Assembly (NCBI RefSeq): GCF_004010195.1
Contig: NC_057718.1
Coordinates: 105,168,300-105,232,299, forward strand
Reading direction: 5' to 3'
Source: Chiloscyllium plagiosum
Taxonomy: Eukaryota
Length of the DNA: 64,000 nt
Positions 12,872 to 25,362 of the stretch are shown here, in pieces. Each line of letters opens with the position of its first letter. The stretch's first letter is position 1. The notes beneath the pieces were generated by a model. The model did no database searches, was not told the DNA's origin, and worked only from the letters and a program-made list of their open reading frames with translations. Both the position numbers and the translations under genes were made by a program.

Positions 12872-13176
12872 TTAGATTACTTAGTGTGGAAACAGGCCCT
12901 TCGGCCTAACAAGTCCACACCGACCTGCTGAAGCGCAACCCACCCATACCCCTACACTTACCCCTTCACCTAACACTACGGACAATTTAGCATGGCCAAT
13001 TCACCTAACCTGCACATTTTTGGACTGTGGGAGGAAACTGGAGCATCCGGAGGAAACCCACGCAGACACGGGGAGAATGTGCAAAATCACACAGTCAGTC
13101 GCCTGAGGTGGGAATTGAACCTGGGTCTCAGGCGCTGTGAGGCAGCAGTGCTAACCACTGTGCCACCGTGCTGCCC
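12872..13176 (-). mobile_element. HE1-type V-SINE (tRNA-derived), full length
   Basis: Reverse complement begins GGGCAGCACGGTGGCACAGTGGTTAGC (A-box), then GGTTCAATTCC (B-box), the V-domain-like GGGTTTCCTCCGG...TTTCCTCCCACAGTCC and a CR1-type tail. Confidence 0.88.
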
Positions 13177-13719
13177 ACTAATTTTGGGGAGCGAGCACTT
13201 TTTACTATTTACTCATGGGATCCAGGCATCACTGGCTGAGCCAGCATTTACTACCTGTCTCTGGTTGCCATTGAGGAGTGGGTGGTGAGCTGACTTCTTG
13301 AACCACTGCAGTCCATTTGCTGTTCAGTACTCTCATCCTCCTGTTAGGGAGTTCCAGGATTTTGACCCAATTACACTAAAGGAACAGTATACATTTCCAA
13401 GTCAGGATGCTGAGTGGCCTGGAAGGGAGGCAAGCTGCCTGATCCCGCCCCCAAATATTTCACCCCAGGCCTGTCTGCAGGTTCTTTAAGGCATGAGCAG
13501 GTGGTGCAGGATTTGTGGTGTCCACTAGATGGCAGTAGAATCCCATTTCTTTATCAAAGTTGCTGAGCTTTCTCCAATTTACTCAGGATTAACAACAACA
13601 TATGACAGTAATTGCTTTGTTATTGGTATTTCGGAGATGATTTATCATACTATTTTTGGAGAGAGATTTTTATGATGCCCAAACTAATTCACTCCTGCAG
13701 GGCCTGCCTCTGATATTTA

Positions 13720-13862
13720 GTCCCTCCCTCCCCTTCCCTACCCCTTTTCCATTTCCCTCTATCTCTCCTCTCCACCTGCATTACCCCACCTATCCTCACC
13801 CCTGCCTCATCTTCTCCCTCTTTCCCTACACTCCTTTTCCCTTTCCTTCTTCCCTACTTCTA
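13720..13862. repeat. Polypyrimidine low-complexity tract
   Basis: Almost exclusively C/T over about 140 nt. Confidence 0.8.
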
Positions 13863-14336
13863 AGTCCTTGAATCCCTAACAAGAGGATGTGATTTGTCCC
13901 AATTTACACTTTGTTCCCTTTTCTATCCTGATTGTTTTGTACGTCCGTGTGGTAGTAACATTTGGGTGATAAATTAATGCAAGTGATTAAACTTGTTAAG
14001 GCATAAAACTGTTTAACCACATTCAGTTTAGTATAAGCTATCAAATGTTCAGTGTTTGCATCTTAGAATCATGTCTTGTTAAATTGTACATCTGCAGAAC
14101 TTTATTCTCTCGACCTGGGTTTAAGGGAAAATGTGTAATTCAGCTTGGTGTGGCATGTCATTACTGGTGGAATATTAATGTGCAAAGCAATCCCATATTG
14201 CACAGTTAGCCCAGTCACAAAAGCTGGAGTGTGACACGTGAGTGCGGTGGGTGGTGAATTAATTCCAAGACAAGAAGTCTTTGATAAGTGAGAAAGACTT
14301 AGATGAAGAATTGACCACATTCTTGTTTGTTTTTAG

Positions 14337-14466
14337 AGTTGGTGATGATTTGCAACTGACAGATTTAGAACTTGGCAGAGTTGCCAATAACCTTCAAGAG
14401 CTTCTCTACAGTGCTTCTGACATCTGCCATGACCGATGTGTTAAGTTTCTTATGGCGAGAGCTAAG
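14337..14466 (+). CDS. vps54: VPS54 coding exon
   Basis: ttttAG acceptor, GT donor at 14467. A+VGDDLQLTDLELGRVANNLQELLYSASDICHDRCVKFLMARAK, phase 2/0. Confidence 0.95.
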
Positions 14467-15375
14467 GTACGCTAAATTGCCGTTCAGTTCTGATTTATCA
14501 GTTGCTCGGTTTTGGTGTGTAATTTGACAATGTATTCTGTCTTTTGTCGATTGGTTGATTACTAAAGGTTTCACTGATTTTGCAAATTGTGTGAAATGTT
14601 ATTTCTAAACTGCATAAAATGTCCAGATAATGACATCAGCCACTTCATTTTCCCTCCTGTTGATGAGCTTTAAGCCTTTCCGACTTTCTCCTTTCAAACA
14701 GATTGCTTTCTGTTATTGTTCACCAGTCGAGTTAGGTAAAATCCTTATGCTCAATTCGATCAGTTTACTCTGAAAAACTGTGTACTGTTATTCTTTAGTC
14801 AATTCTTTAACAGTGTGTAGTTGCCACGACTGTTACTATGCTGTTTTAAACTGAAAGGAAACTCCTGAGAGTAGCAGAAGTTGTGAATCCTCCGGTGAGT
14901 GAGTTGTCCCAAAGCTGCAAAGTCTAAAATGGTATAAATCAATTACTCGAAACCTGCATATCTTATTGCAAATATCTGGGCCTCCACAACTTCCTACATT
15001 AATATTAAATGCGCCTGCATCCCCTCCATGGTTGTTTGTAGCTAGACCCATTTCCTGGGCATATCTCTGCTCTCTCTTTCCTCTTATCAGTTTGGTTGAT
15101 TGCCTGTATTCAGTCCTGTCAGCTCCAGGCTCCATCCTGCAGTTCTCAAGCTGATGACTGTGTTTGTTCCAACCTCGGGTGATATACAAAGTTGGAGTAA
15201 GCTAATGGAAATGCTTATGAGCTTCGTAAATAGAGGCACAGAAATCAGAAGAAAGGACGTTATTATAAACCATTATTAATTGTTGATTTTATAATATTGG
15301 AATATGAAGTCCAATTCTCGGTGCCTCCCATAAAGAGGAATGACAAAGCCTTGGAGAGGGTGCAGAGGAGATTTT

Positions 15376-16473
15376 GCCTTCAACACCATAATTCCAACAA
15401 AACGTATCTCCAAATTCTGAGACTTAGCACTCTGCTCCCCCCTCTGCAACTAGGTTCTTAACCCGCAGACTACAGTCAGTAAGGATAGGCAACAGCACCT
15501 CCTCCACAATAATCCTCAACACCACTGCCCTGCATGTCTGCAAACGCAACCCCTTACTATACTCCTTATACACTCTCAAACGTGTGGCCAAATTCAGCTC
15601 GAATGCTATTTACAAATTTTCTGATGATACAATCATAGTGTGTCAGAACTCAAATGATGATGAGACCGAGTCCAGGAAGGAGATGGACAGCTTTGTGACG
15701 ACATGATCTAAAGACAACAATCTTCCCACCAATGCCAGTAAAAACAAAGGAGTGGGTCAGTGACTTCAGGAAGCAGAGTGGAAGACATGCCCCTGACTGC
15801 ATCATTGGTGCTGAGGTGGAGATAGTCGGGAGCTTCAAGTTCCTGGGAGTAAATATCGCCAACAATCTGTCCTGGTTCATCCACACCGACTATATTGCCA
15901 AGAAACCATACCAACATCTCTGTTTCCTCAGGAGGTGAAGGACATTTGGCATGTCCGCAATGACTCATCAATTTTTATAGATGCACCATGGAAAGCATCC
16001 TATCCCGGTGCATCACAGTGCGGTATGGCAACTGCTCTACCCAAGGCTGCAAGAAATTACAGAGAGTTGTGAACACAGCCCAGTCCATCACACAAACCAG
16101 GCTTCCATCCATTGACTCTGTTTACACTTCGCGCTGCCCGGGGAAAGCAGCCAAAAGGATCAAAGACCCTTTCCAACCCTAGTTAATACTCTCTTCTACC
16201 CTCGTTAATCAGCCAGAAGATACAAAAGTTTGTAAACACGTATCAACACATTCAAGAACAGCTTCTTCCCTGATGTTATCAGACTTCTAAATGGATCTCT
16301 GATATATCAGAGTTGATCTCTCTCAGCATCTTCTTTGTAGCTGTAACACTGTATGCTGCATTCTGTTCTATTACCCTGATGTACTTATGTAAGATGTGCT
16401 TTGATTGGTTAGCACACAGAACAAAACTTTTCGCTGTATCTCAGTATATGTGACAATAATGAATCAAATCAAA
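15376..16473 (+). mobile_element. Rex1/Babar-type non-LTR retrotransposon fragment
   Basis: Decayed RT (AFNTIIP...PLLYSLYT...KFSDDT...KTKEWVSDFRK...SFKFLGVNI) and an (aatca)n tail. Clade assigned from recalled motifs. Confidence 0.75.
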
Positions 16474-19030
16474 GTTACCAGCACAGTTCCAGGGAGGAGG
16501 GGTTTCAGCAAATGTGGAGAGAATGGGAAAGTTGAAAATGTTTTCCTTGGAGGAGGGCAATTTGGGTGTTAGGAATTGATGTTTTGATTGAGTAAATAAT
16601 GAGAAACTGTTTTTAGTGGCAGGAGAGCCTATAATCAGAGGATGCAGATTTAAGGTAAATGGCGAAAGAAAAAGAGATGATTTGATGCAGTGAGCTGTGA
16701 TCAAGAATGTGCTGTCTGAAAAGGCAGTGGAAGCTGATTTAATATTAACACTCAAAAGGAAATTAGAATTTGCAGGTGAAAGCACTGCACAGGCTACAAG
16801 GATAGAGCAGAGAGACGCTGCATTAACTGAGTAGCTGTTTCAGAGAGCCAGCACAAATGGCTGTGTTGAAATGGTGCTACATTTGGCATTGCTCTGGGTT
16901 CAATCCTTCTCCATTACTCACCCTCTTGGCAAACCTGTTGTTTGGGAAGATGTGATTTTGTTTTGAAAGTAACTTGGGGTAAAATTGTTCATGCTGCAAT
17001 GTGTCTTGGACATGTTTCCATGGGATAAAAGCTCAAACTCCAGTTATATTCTCCCCTGGTAGAAATGATTTGCTGAGTGGCTCCATTATGCAGCCTTCTT
17101 TCTGTGTTAAAGGTGGGGGTTAGACACAAATGTAACTCACAAGCTGAATGTCTTGCATGCTCCATGACTATCCAGTTCTAAAATTCTCGCAGTAGTACAG
17201 ATACTTGTGGGGAGTGCCACTATCCTATGTCTATATAGTTGGCTGTGACAGTCTCCAAAGCTGTACAAATTCCAGTTGTAAGGTTCTGATATAGAAACAT
17301 GACAGGAGGTGGTTTCTATTATTGAAACTGTTAATGTATTGGTAAGTATAACTCTCTGGTAAGGTTTGCAGCTTTACAATCATTGTAACAGTACAGAATG
17401 AACATATAATTCTGAAATTTTTAAAATTCAATTGGGTCAAGAACATAAATACCTAAGAACAGCTCACACATGTCTGTATAACTAACCCATTAAAGTCATT
17501 TCTCAAATCCCTAGCAGATTTTTGCACAAATCTATATTATGAAATTCAAGTTGTATTGTATTAGCAAACATGTTCAAACAAGATCACCAAAAAGGTATTT
17601 TAAAATGAAAAATGCATTTCAAACATTGTACTGCATTCTGAATGTTATAGTTGGGATTCTAAAATTGCAGCATCTTTCATTCTTTTAAATTTGAGTTTTC
17701 AGAAGTTAATCAAACCATTTTTTTCTGAAGTGTAACAGTTTTCTGTCACAGGAAAGGTAATGCGTGAGTTCTCCAACAGAAGTCTGTCTTCAAACTATCC
17801 TAACTTGTTCAAGTCGCATTTGTGTAGTTTTTGTAATTCCTGTTTAAACACAAAACAACACGCTCTACAAGGGCAGAATGTCTCAGCTGGGAAAAATGGA
17901 ACGTTTAAGTGTGTCACTGAAAGCTGTGATGGGGCATCATTTATTACGGGCAGTGTAATCGTTTCATATTGTCGACTCCTTTAGTCAAAGTGAAACACTT
18001 TCCTGGTTTGGAATGCACCAGGTATTTTTACTGGCCTCAAATGTCTTGGAAAATGTTGGTGTAACTCCAAAGAAAGATGGCCTTATTCCTTCTGTTCTGT
18101 TAAATACAACTTTCCTCATTTGTTTCCTGGAACCCCAGGCTGATTATTTTCTTTCCCTGCTTTAGTTCAAAAGATCAGTCCATGCAAATTTCCTCACTTT
18201 GTGATTAATGTGCAAAAGTAGGTTTCAGCCTAAACATTTATGGCTGTAAGCTTTAGTTTTATCTTATCTTTAACTTTATTGTCACATGTAGACCATGAGT
18301 ACAGTGAGATGTTTAAACCTCACCACTTACAGCACAGTCTTAGGATCAAAGGTACACAAATACAGCTTCCTTAGTTATAAGGTATCAGAAAGAGAAATAA
18401 AATGTCCAGCATTGCGAAAATGAAGTCCAGACAGTGGTCTTCACCCCATACCAAGCTGTCACTTAGCCTCCAGTCTGCCCTGGCTCCAGACCATGTCAGG
18501 CTTCACCTGGAGGATCATGCGGCTGGGAGATTGCTCCAGACTGCCATGTCGGAGAGCTGCCCTGGGAGGCTGCTAATCCAGGCCCGGAGGCCCCTTGTCG
18601 TGTCTGCACTGAAGCTGGGAGTCATTGGAGGCTGGGAGAGAAGACGAATGGTGCAGCAGACAGTCTGTGGCTGAAGATCCCTACTCTGCCGCTGTCTTGA
18701 CCTCAAGTTACCTGCATTCGTGTTGCTGAGATTTTGGTCATTTTCTTCTGTCTTTGTCATTTTACCTACTGTGACTTCATTAACCCAACTGTTGGTGCAC
18801 CTGAAACTTTCCAGGTATGCACTTGACCCATTACCACCAGTTGTGAAGGATGCAGCTGCTGAGCTTCCTTTACACTGGCTGTGTGCCAGCTCTGCTCAAA
18901 GAGGAGCTGGAGACGAACAAGCCTTTTCGTGACAGACCAAGGTGACACTCCCACTCCCTGTTTCTTGTTGAAGACAGTATCTTTGCACTTGTTATTTTAC
19001 CGTGTTAACAGTATTAAATATGGCCTCCTG

Positions 19031-19372
19031 GAGGAGGCAGTGGCCTAGTGGTATTATCGCCAGGCTGTTAATCCAGAGACCCAGGTAATGTTCTGGGCAT
19101 CCGGGTTCAAATCCCGTCACGGCAGATGGAATTTGAATTCAACAAATATCTGGAATTAGGTCCATGAATCCATTGTCAATTGTCGGGAAAGAGCTATCTG
19201 GTTCACTAATCTTCTTTAGAGAAGGAAATGGCCAGCCTTACCTGGTCTGGCCTATATGTGACTCCAGACCCACAGCAACATGGTTGACACTTAAGTGCCC
19301 ACTGGGCATTTACAGATGGGCAATAAATGCTGGTCTGGCCAGTGATATTTTCATCCCATGAATTAATTCAAA
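19031..19372 (+). mobile_element. tRNA-derived SINE, full length
   Basis: A-box gtggcctagtgg, B-box ggttcaaatcc, tail gggcaataaatgctgg...catcccatgaat. Related copies at 1-120, 6226-6553, 51390-51583 and 54405-54960. Confidence 0.8.
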
Positions 19373-19834
19373 ACATGTGCATTGGCAAATGAACCCCACA
19401 AGCAGTTCTCACTATCCAAAAAACCTGGGGCCATTAACCTCTCTCAAACAAGTTTTGTGGGTGACTCTTCACTATATATAGAGATGTATTCAATGCCTTC
19501 TTACTAAGCCACAGGATGCTCACATGTAATGTTAATAATATTGCTACCTTGTTATAAATTGTTAAACTGGTCAGACAATGCAGTATAAGACTACAATAGG
19601 TGTAATGATGCTGAAAGAGATGCCCTTTTGAAGGTTAAACTCAGATTATTCTTCCTCTTATTTCCTTTCTCCTTAATTGACTTACTGGAATGATCCTCAT
19701 TTCCTTGAACTGTGTAAGTGCTGCTCATCTTAATTATCAACTTTATGTATTGTTAAGAAACTGGCAGTTTTAAATGGAAAATAACAAATTGAAACCTTTT
19801 CAGGATTTTTTTACCTTTTTGTTTGCTGACGGGA

Positions 19835-20942
19835 TGTTTGATAAGGTTCCCCATGGTAAACTAATTGAGAAAGTCAAGTTACATGGTGTGTATGGTGTTC
19901 TAGCTAGATGTATAAAGAACTGGTTGAGCAACAGGAGACAGAGAGTAGTGGTTGAAGAGAGTTTCCCGAAATGGAGAAAGGTGACCAGTGGTGTTCCACA
20001 GGGATCAGTATTGGGGCCACTGTTGTTTGTGATATACATAAATGATCTGGAAGAGGGCACTGTTGGTCTGATCAGTAAGTTGATGACACGAAGATTGGTG
20101 GAGCAGCAGAAACCATAGGGGACTGTCAAAGAATACAGGAGAGTATAGATAGACTGGAGAGTTGGGTGGAGAAGTGGCAAGTGGAGTTCAATCTAGGCAA
20201 ATGTGAGGTGATGCATTTTGGGAAGTCTAATTCTATACCGAACTATACTGTAAATGGGGAGAGCCTTGGGAAAAGTTGATGAGCAGAGAGATCTGGAAGT
20301 TCAGGTCTTTGTACACTGAAGGTGGCTGCACAGGTGGATAGAGTGGTCAAGAAAACATATGGTATGCTTGCCTTCATTGGATGGGATATTGAGTAGAAGA
20401 GCTGGCAGGTCATGTTAAAATTATATAAGACTTTGGTTTGGCCACATTTAGAATACTGTGTACAGTTCTGGTCGCCACATTACCAAAATGATGTGGATGT
20501 TGCCTGGTGTGGAAGGTGCTAGCTATAAAGAGAGGTTGAGTAGGTTAGGTTTGTTTTCATTAGAAAAAAGGAGATTGAGGGTTACAAAATCATAAAGGGT
20601 ATAGACAGGGTGGATCGAGACCAGCTTTTTCCCAGGGTGAAAGATTCAATAACAAGAGGTCACACTTTCAAGGTGAGAGGTGAAAAGTTTATGGGGGAAT
20701 ACATACAGCAAGTACTTCACACAGAGGGTGATGGGTGTCTGGAATGCGTTGTCAGCAGAGGTAGTAGAGGCAGGCACGGTAGATTCATTTAAGGTGCGTC
20801 TGGACAGATGCATGAGTAGGTGGGGAGCAGAGGGATACAGATGCTTAGGAATTGACCGACAGGTTTAGACAGTACATTTGGATCGGCTCAGACTTGGAGG
20901 GCCGAAGGGCCTGTTCCTGGGCTGTAAATTTTCTTTGTTCTT
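19835..20942 (+). mobile_element. CR1 LINE 3' part
   Basis: FDKVPHGKL...[23 protein letters not shown], with a CR1 tail gggccgaagggcctgtt. Confidence 0.9.
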
Positions 20943-22392
20943 CGACTTAGGTGGTCTGGAAGATGGTGTTTTGTTTTGCTGTCCAAACAGTTTGGAACCT
21001 ATGTTGAAATGAGTTGCAGTTGTCTTCATGGGGACTGGCCATATTCACATTGCTTCAGTGATGGGCTTGCCTATTGTAAAGCATTAAGTTTGTTAATATT
21101 GGTATTCTCCATTTGCGAATCTCTACAACTCTGCAGTATCAATGATACTGAATAATGGTTTATGTTAATTTTCAGACTAGTTCAGCCCATTGTTTTAACT
21201 GACAAGCGATTAAGTTCCAATTCTATGTTTTCTGATCATGTTGGGAATGCACAGGCAGTTGTTAGACCTTTGGCATTTTGTAAAATATAAATGTTCAGTG
21301 TTGATACAGTCAGTAGTTTTTCTGGTTTATGCCAATTCTCTCTGTACTTTGGACTCAGCAATACTTGGAGCTGAGTGAGCTAATCGGCACATTAAGCAGA
21401 ACACAGCAGATACTGTGGGGGAGAAGTAACAAGCAAACAGCATGAGCCCTCTATTGTACTACCCTGACTAGTGTGCCAGTTGAAGCCACAGTCAAGTTTA
21501 AGATTAGCTTGCAGAGATTGACATTGTGCTGAACTGTAGAACCACAGTTGGTGGGAACATGGCTGAAAACATCTAAACTCATTTCACATTGAAACTTTAC
21601 TATTGTCAGGGAGAAGCAAGTTTCATTTTTTAATATTCCCTTCTGGCTATTCTCCCTCGAATTCACATTCCTCGCACTTTGTTTCTTTATTGCTGATTGT
21701 TATTGACATCTTACATTGTCCGTATTACATCATGAATCATTTTTCAGATTACAAGCACTATGTTCAGGCCTTCTTGTCTCTTAGTGACTGGACTAAATAA
21801 CAACATGTTCATTTATAAAAGAGAAATTCTACAGATGCCAGAAATCTAAAGCAGAGAAAGCTGGAGAAGCTCAGCGTTTCTGGCAGCAGCTGGGAGAGAG
21901 AAACAGTGTTAACACCTTGAGTCTGTTTTGGCTCTTCAGAATTCATTTTCATTTTTCATTTTCAATGTGACCTTCAGTGAAGCAGTAACAATCATTTTTT
22001 GTTTTAATTTCTCCAGGTCACCTGCATGTATAGCAGACAGGTATATGAATGTCATTGGGACCATCTTCAGTCTTCATTCATTAGTTATCATCCTGTTCTC
22101 ACTGATCTTTTCAGCCTTGTTAGTGCTTTTTTCCTCAGCTTGGAAAACCTGGGATGGGTTCAAACACAGCCACTGTGAGGACATCATGCTAGTGTGCTGT
22201 GCTGCTCCATCCACTGTACATGGTTAAATAATATATAAGGATAGGACAGAGCTCGGAACCAAGGTAGTTGAATGGAAGATAATTCAAGAAGGGCAAATAG
22301 ATAAATATTTGCATTAGTTATATGGTAATGTGTCTGTGCTTTGTTGCATTCATTTGTCTTCATGGTTTCTTTTTACTGTTTCTTCTTTTAAG

Positions 22393-22574
22393 GATGGTTT
22401 TCTGGAAAAGCTGAACTCCTCTGAGTTTGTGGCACTGTCACGAACAGTGGAAACGTTTGTCCAGGAAACAGAAAGGATATGCAGCAGACGCAGCATGTCC
22501 CTCCGGGGAGCCCTGCAAAGCCAGGCCAATAAATTCGTCAACAGGTTCCATGAAGAGCGGAAGACAAAACTTGG
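22393..22574 (+). CDS. vps54: VPS54 coding exon
   Basis: ttttaAG acceptor, GTAAAC donor at 22575. DGFLEKLNSSEFVALSRTVETFVQETERICSRRSMSLRGALQSQANKFVNRFHEERKTKL+GG, phase 0/2. Confidence 0.95.
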
Positions 22575-22704
22575 GTAAACCATGGTGGGATGGAAAAGCA
22601 GTCTGAGCTGATCACTATAGTGACAAAACTGATTTCAAATCAGAGGAAAGTTAAGGTCGACCCAGACTAAAAAGGGCTGAGCATTCTTTTATTCCTGATA
22701 TACC

Positions 22705-24720
22705 TGTAGAAAGCCTTCGGGTTTTCCTTGATCCAATCTGCCAATGACTTCTCATGTCCCCTCCTGAATCTTCTTAGCTCTCTCTTTAGGTCTTTCCTGG
22801 CTAACTTGTAACTCTGAAGCGCCCTAGCTGAGCCTTCACATCTCCTCCTAACATAAGCCGCCGCCTTCCACTTGACAAGAGATTCAACTTCCTTAGTAAA
22901 CCATGACTCCCACGCTCAACAACTTCTTTCCTGCCTGGCAAGTACGTACTTATCAAGGACCCACAGTAGCTGGTCCGTGAATAAGCTCCACATTTCAATT
23001 GTGCCCATCCCCTGTAGTTTCCTTCCCAATCCAATGCATCCTAAATCTTCTGGATGTAGGTTTGCTCGCTGAGCTAGGAGGTTCATTTCCAAACGTTTCA
23101 TCACCCTACTAGGTAACATCTTCAGTGGGCCTCAGGCAAAGCAGTGTACATGATTCCTGCTTTTTATTTATATGTTTGGGTTTCTTTGGGTCAGTGATGT
23201 CATTTCCTGTTCCATTTTTCTCAGACAGTGGTAGATGGGGTCCAACTCAATGTGTTTGTTTATAGAGTTCTGGTTGAATGCCGTGCCTCTAGGAATTCTT
23301 GTGCATGTCCCTGTTTGGCTTGTCCTAAAATGGATGTGTTGTCCCAGTCGAAGTGGTGTCCTTCCTCATCTGTATGTGAGGATACTAGTGAGAAAGGGTC
23401 ATGTCATTTTATGGCTATTTGATGTTCATGTACCCTGGTGGCTAGTTTTCTGCTTGTTTGTCTAATGCAGTGTTTGTTACAGTCCTTGCACGGTATTTTG
23501 TAAATGGCATTAGTTTTGCTTGTTGTCTGTATAGGGTTTTTCAATTTCATTAGCTGCTGTTTTAGTGTGTTGGTGGGGTTGTGGGCTACCATGATGCCAA
23601 GGGGTCTGAGTAATCTGGCAGTCATTACTAAGATGTCTTTGATGTAGGAGAGAGTGGCTAGGGTTTCTGGACGCATTTTGTGTGCTTGTTTGTGTTTGTT
23701 GCTGAGAAATCAGCAGATTGTGTTCATTGGGTACCCATTCTTTTTGAATACATGGTATAGGTGATTTTCCTCTGCTCTGCGCAGTTCCTCTGTGCTGCAG
23801 TGTGTGGTGGCTCGTTGAACCAATGGTCTGATGTACTTTCGCTTGTGGATCTTGGGATGATTGCTTCTGTAGTTCAATATTTGGTCCGTGTGTATTGTTT
23901 TCCTGTAGACGCTGGTTTGAAGTTGCCCATTGGCTGTTTGCTCTACTGTGACAACTGGGAATGGCAGTTTGTTGTTGTTTTCCTCCTCTTTAGTGAATTT
24001 TATGCCAATAAGGGTATTATTGATTGGAGGGTGATGAAGCATCTGGAAATGAACCTTCCAGCTCAGCGAGCAAACCTACATCCAGAACCTCAACCTTCTC
24101 AAAACTCCCTAAAATCCTAAATCTTGCCTAATTGCATCATAGTTGCCTTTCTCCCAGCTATAACTCTTGCCTTGCGGTATATACCTATCCCTTTCCATTA
24201 CTAAAGTAAACCTAACCGAATTGTGGTCACTATCACCAAAGTGCTCACCTACCTCCAAATCTAACACCTGGCCAGGTTCATTACCCAGTACCAAATCTAA
24301 TGTGGCCTCTCCCCTTGTTGGCCTACCTACATACTGTGTCAGGAAACCCTCTTGCATACATTGGACAAAAACTGACCCATCTAAATTACTCAAACTATAG
24401 TATTTCCAGTCAATATTAGGAAAGTTGAACTATTTGGAGGCCTATAGAAAACGCCCAACAGGGTAACCTCTCGTTTCCTGTTTCTAATCTCAGCTCATAC
24501 TACCTCAATAGACGAGTCCTCAAATGTCGTTTCTGCAACCGTAATGCTCTCCTTCAATAACAGTGCCACACTACCCCCTCTTTTACCATTTTCTCTGTTC
24601 TTACTGAAACATCTAAATCCCAGAAGCTACAATAATAATTCTTGTCCCTGCTCTACCCATATCTCTGAAATGGCCACAACATTGAAATCCCACGTACCAA
24701 TCCATGCTGCAATTTCACCC
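22705..24720 (-). mobile_element. CR1 LINE ORF2 fragment (APE endonuclease region) interrupted by a PLE
   Basis: Minus ORF 24109..24393 PTRGEATLDLVLGNEP...EHFGDSDHNSVRF carries the APE SDH motif. Confidence 0.85.
23050..24113 (-). mobile_element. Penelope-like element, 5'-truncated, with inverted terminal copy and hammerhead motif
   Basis: Minus ORFs: RT C-terminus (EEENNNKLPF...TSVYRKTIHTDQILNYRSNHP) and GIY-YIG-like AIYKIPCKDCNKHCIRQTSRKLATRVHEH. TSD atcctaaatctt at 23038-23049 and 24114-24125. Confidence 0.88.
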
Positions 24721-24916
24721 ACTCTTCGGTCCAACTCATCCGCATCGACCAGACATCCCAATCTGACCAAGTCCCATTTGCCAGCACTTGGCCCATATCC
24801 CTTGGCCCATTCCTATTCGAATACCCAAACAGAGGCCTCTTAAATGTATCCAAAAGTAGAGCGTTCCTGTGAAACCTTTCGTAAGCTGAAATGGTGTAAA
24901 ACGAACAAGTATTAAT

Positions 24917-25217
24917 TTAGATTACATTACTTACAGTGTGGAAACAGGCCCTTCAGCCCAACAAGTCCACACTGACCCGTCGAAACGCACCCACCCGGAC
25001 ACATTCCCCTACATTTACCCTTTCACCTAGCATGGCCAATTCACCTAACCTGCACATTTTTGGACTGTGGGAGGAAACCGGAGCACCCGGAGGAAACCCA
25101 CACAGACACGGGGAGAATGTGCAAACTCCACACAGTCAGTCGCCTGAGGCGGGAATTGAACCCGGGTCTCAGGCGCTGTGAGGCAGCAGTGCTAACCTCT
25201 GTGCCACCGTGCCGCCC
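24917..25217 (-). mobile_element. HE1-type V-SINE
   Basis: Same structure as 12872-13176. Confidence 0.88.
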
Positions 25218-25362
25218 ATTTATATGGGAAAAGTTTTGCCATTTTTTGTAAAATCGAACATCATCTTTGGATTCTTTTGGTTAGCGAAAACAGGTACTAA
25301 TGTACGTCTTTCTTAAAAGCGAAATGGCATAAAGCGAACTTTCGAAAAGCAGGGAATACTTG

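Noticed and set aside
12872..13176. tRNA-like sequence at SINE heads
   Set aside because: The A/B boxes belong to multi-copy SINEs; they are not tRNA genes.
18400..18960. Relatively GC-rich segment with several short ORFs
   Set aside because: No recognisable product or splice-consistent fit to VPS54. Probably an unclassified repeat, but I cannot support a call.
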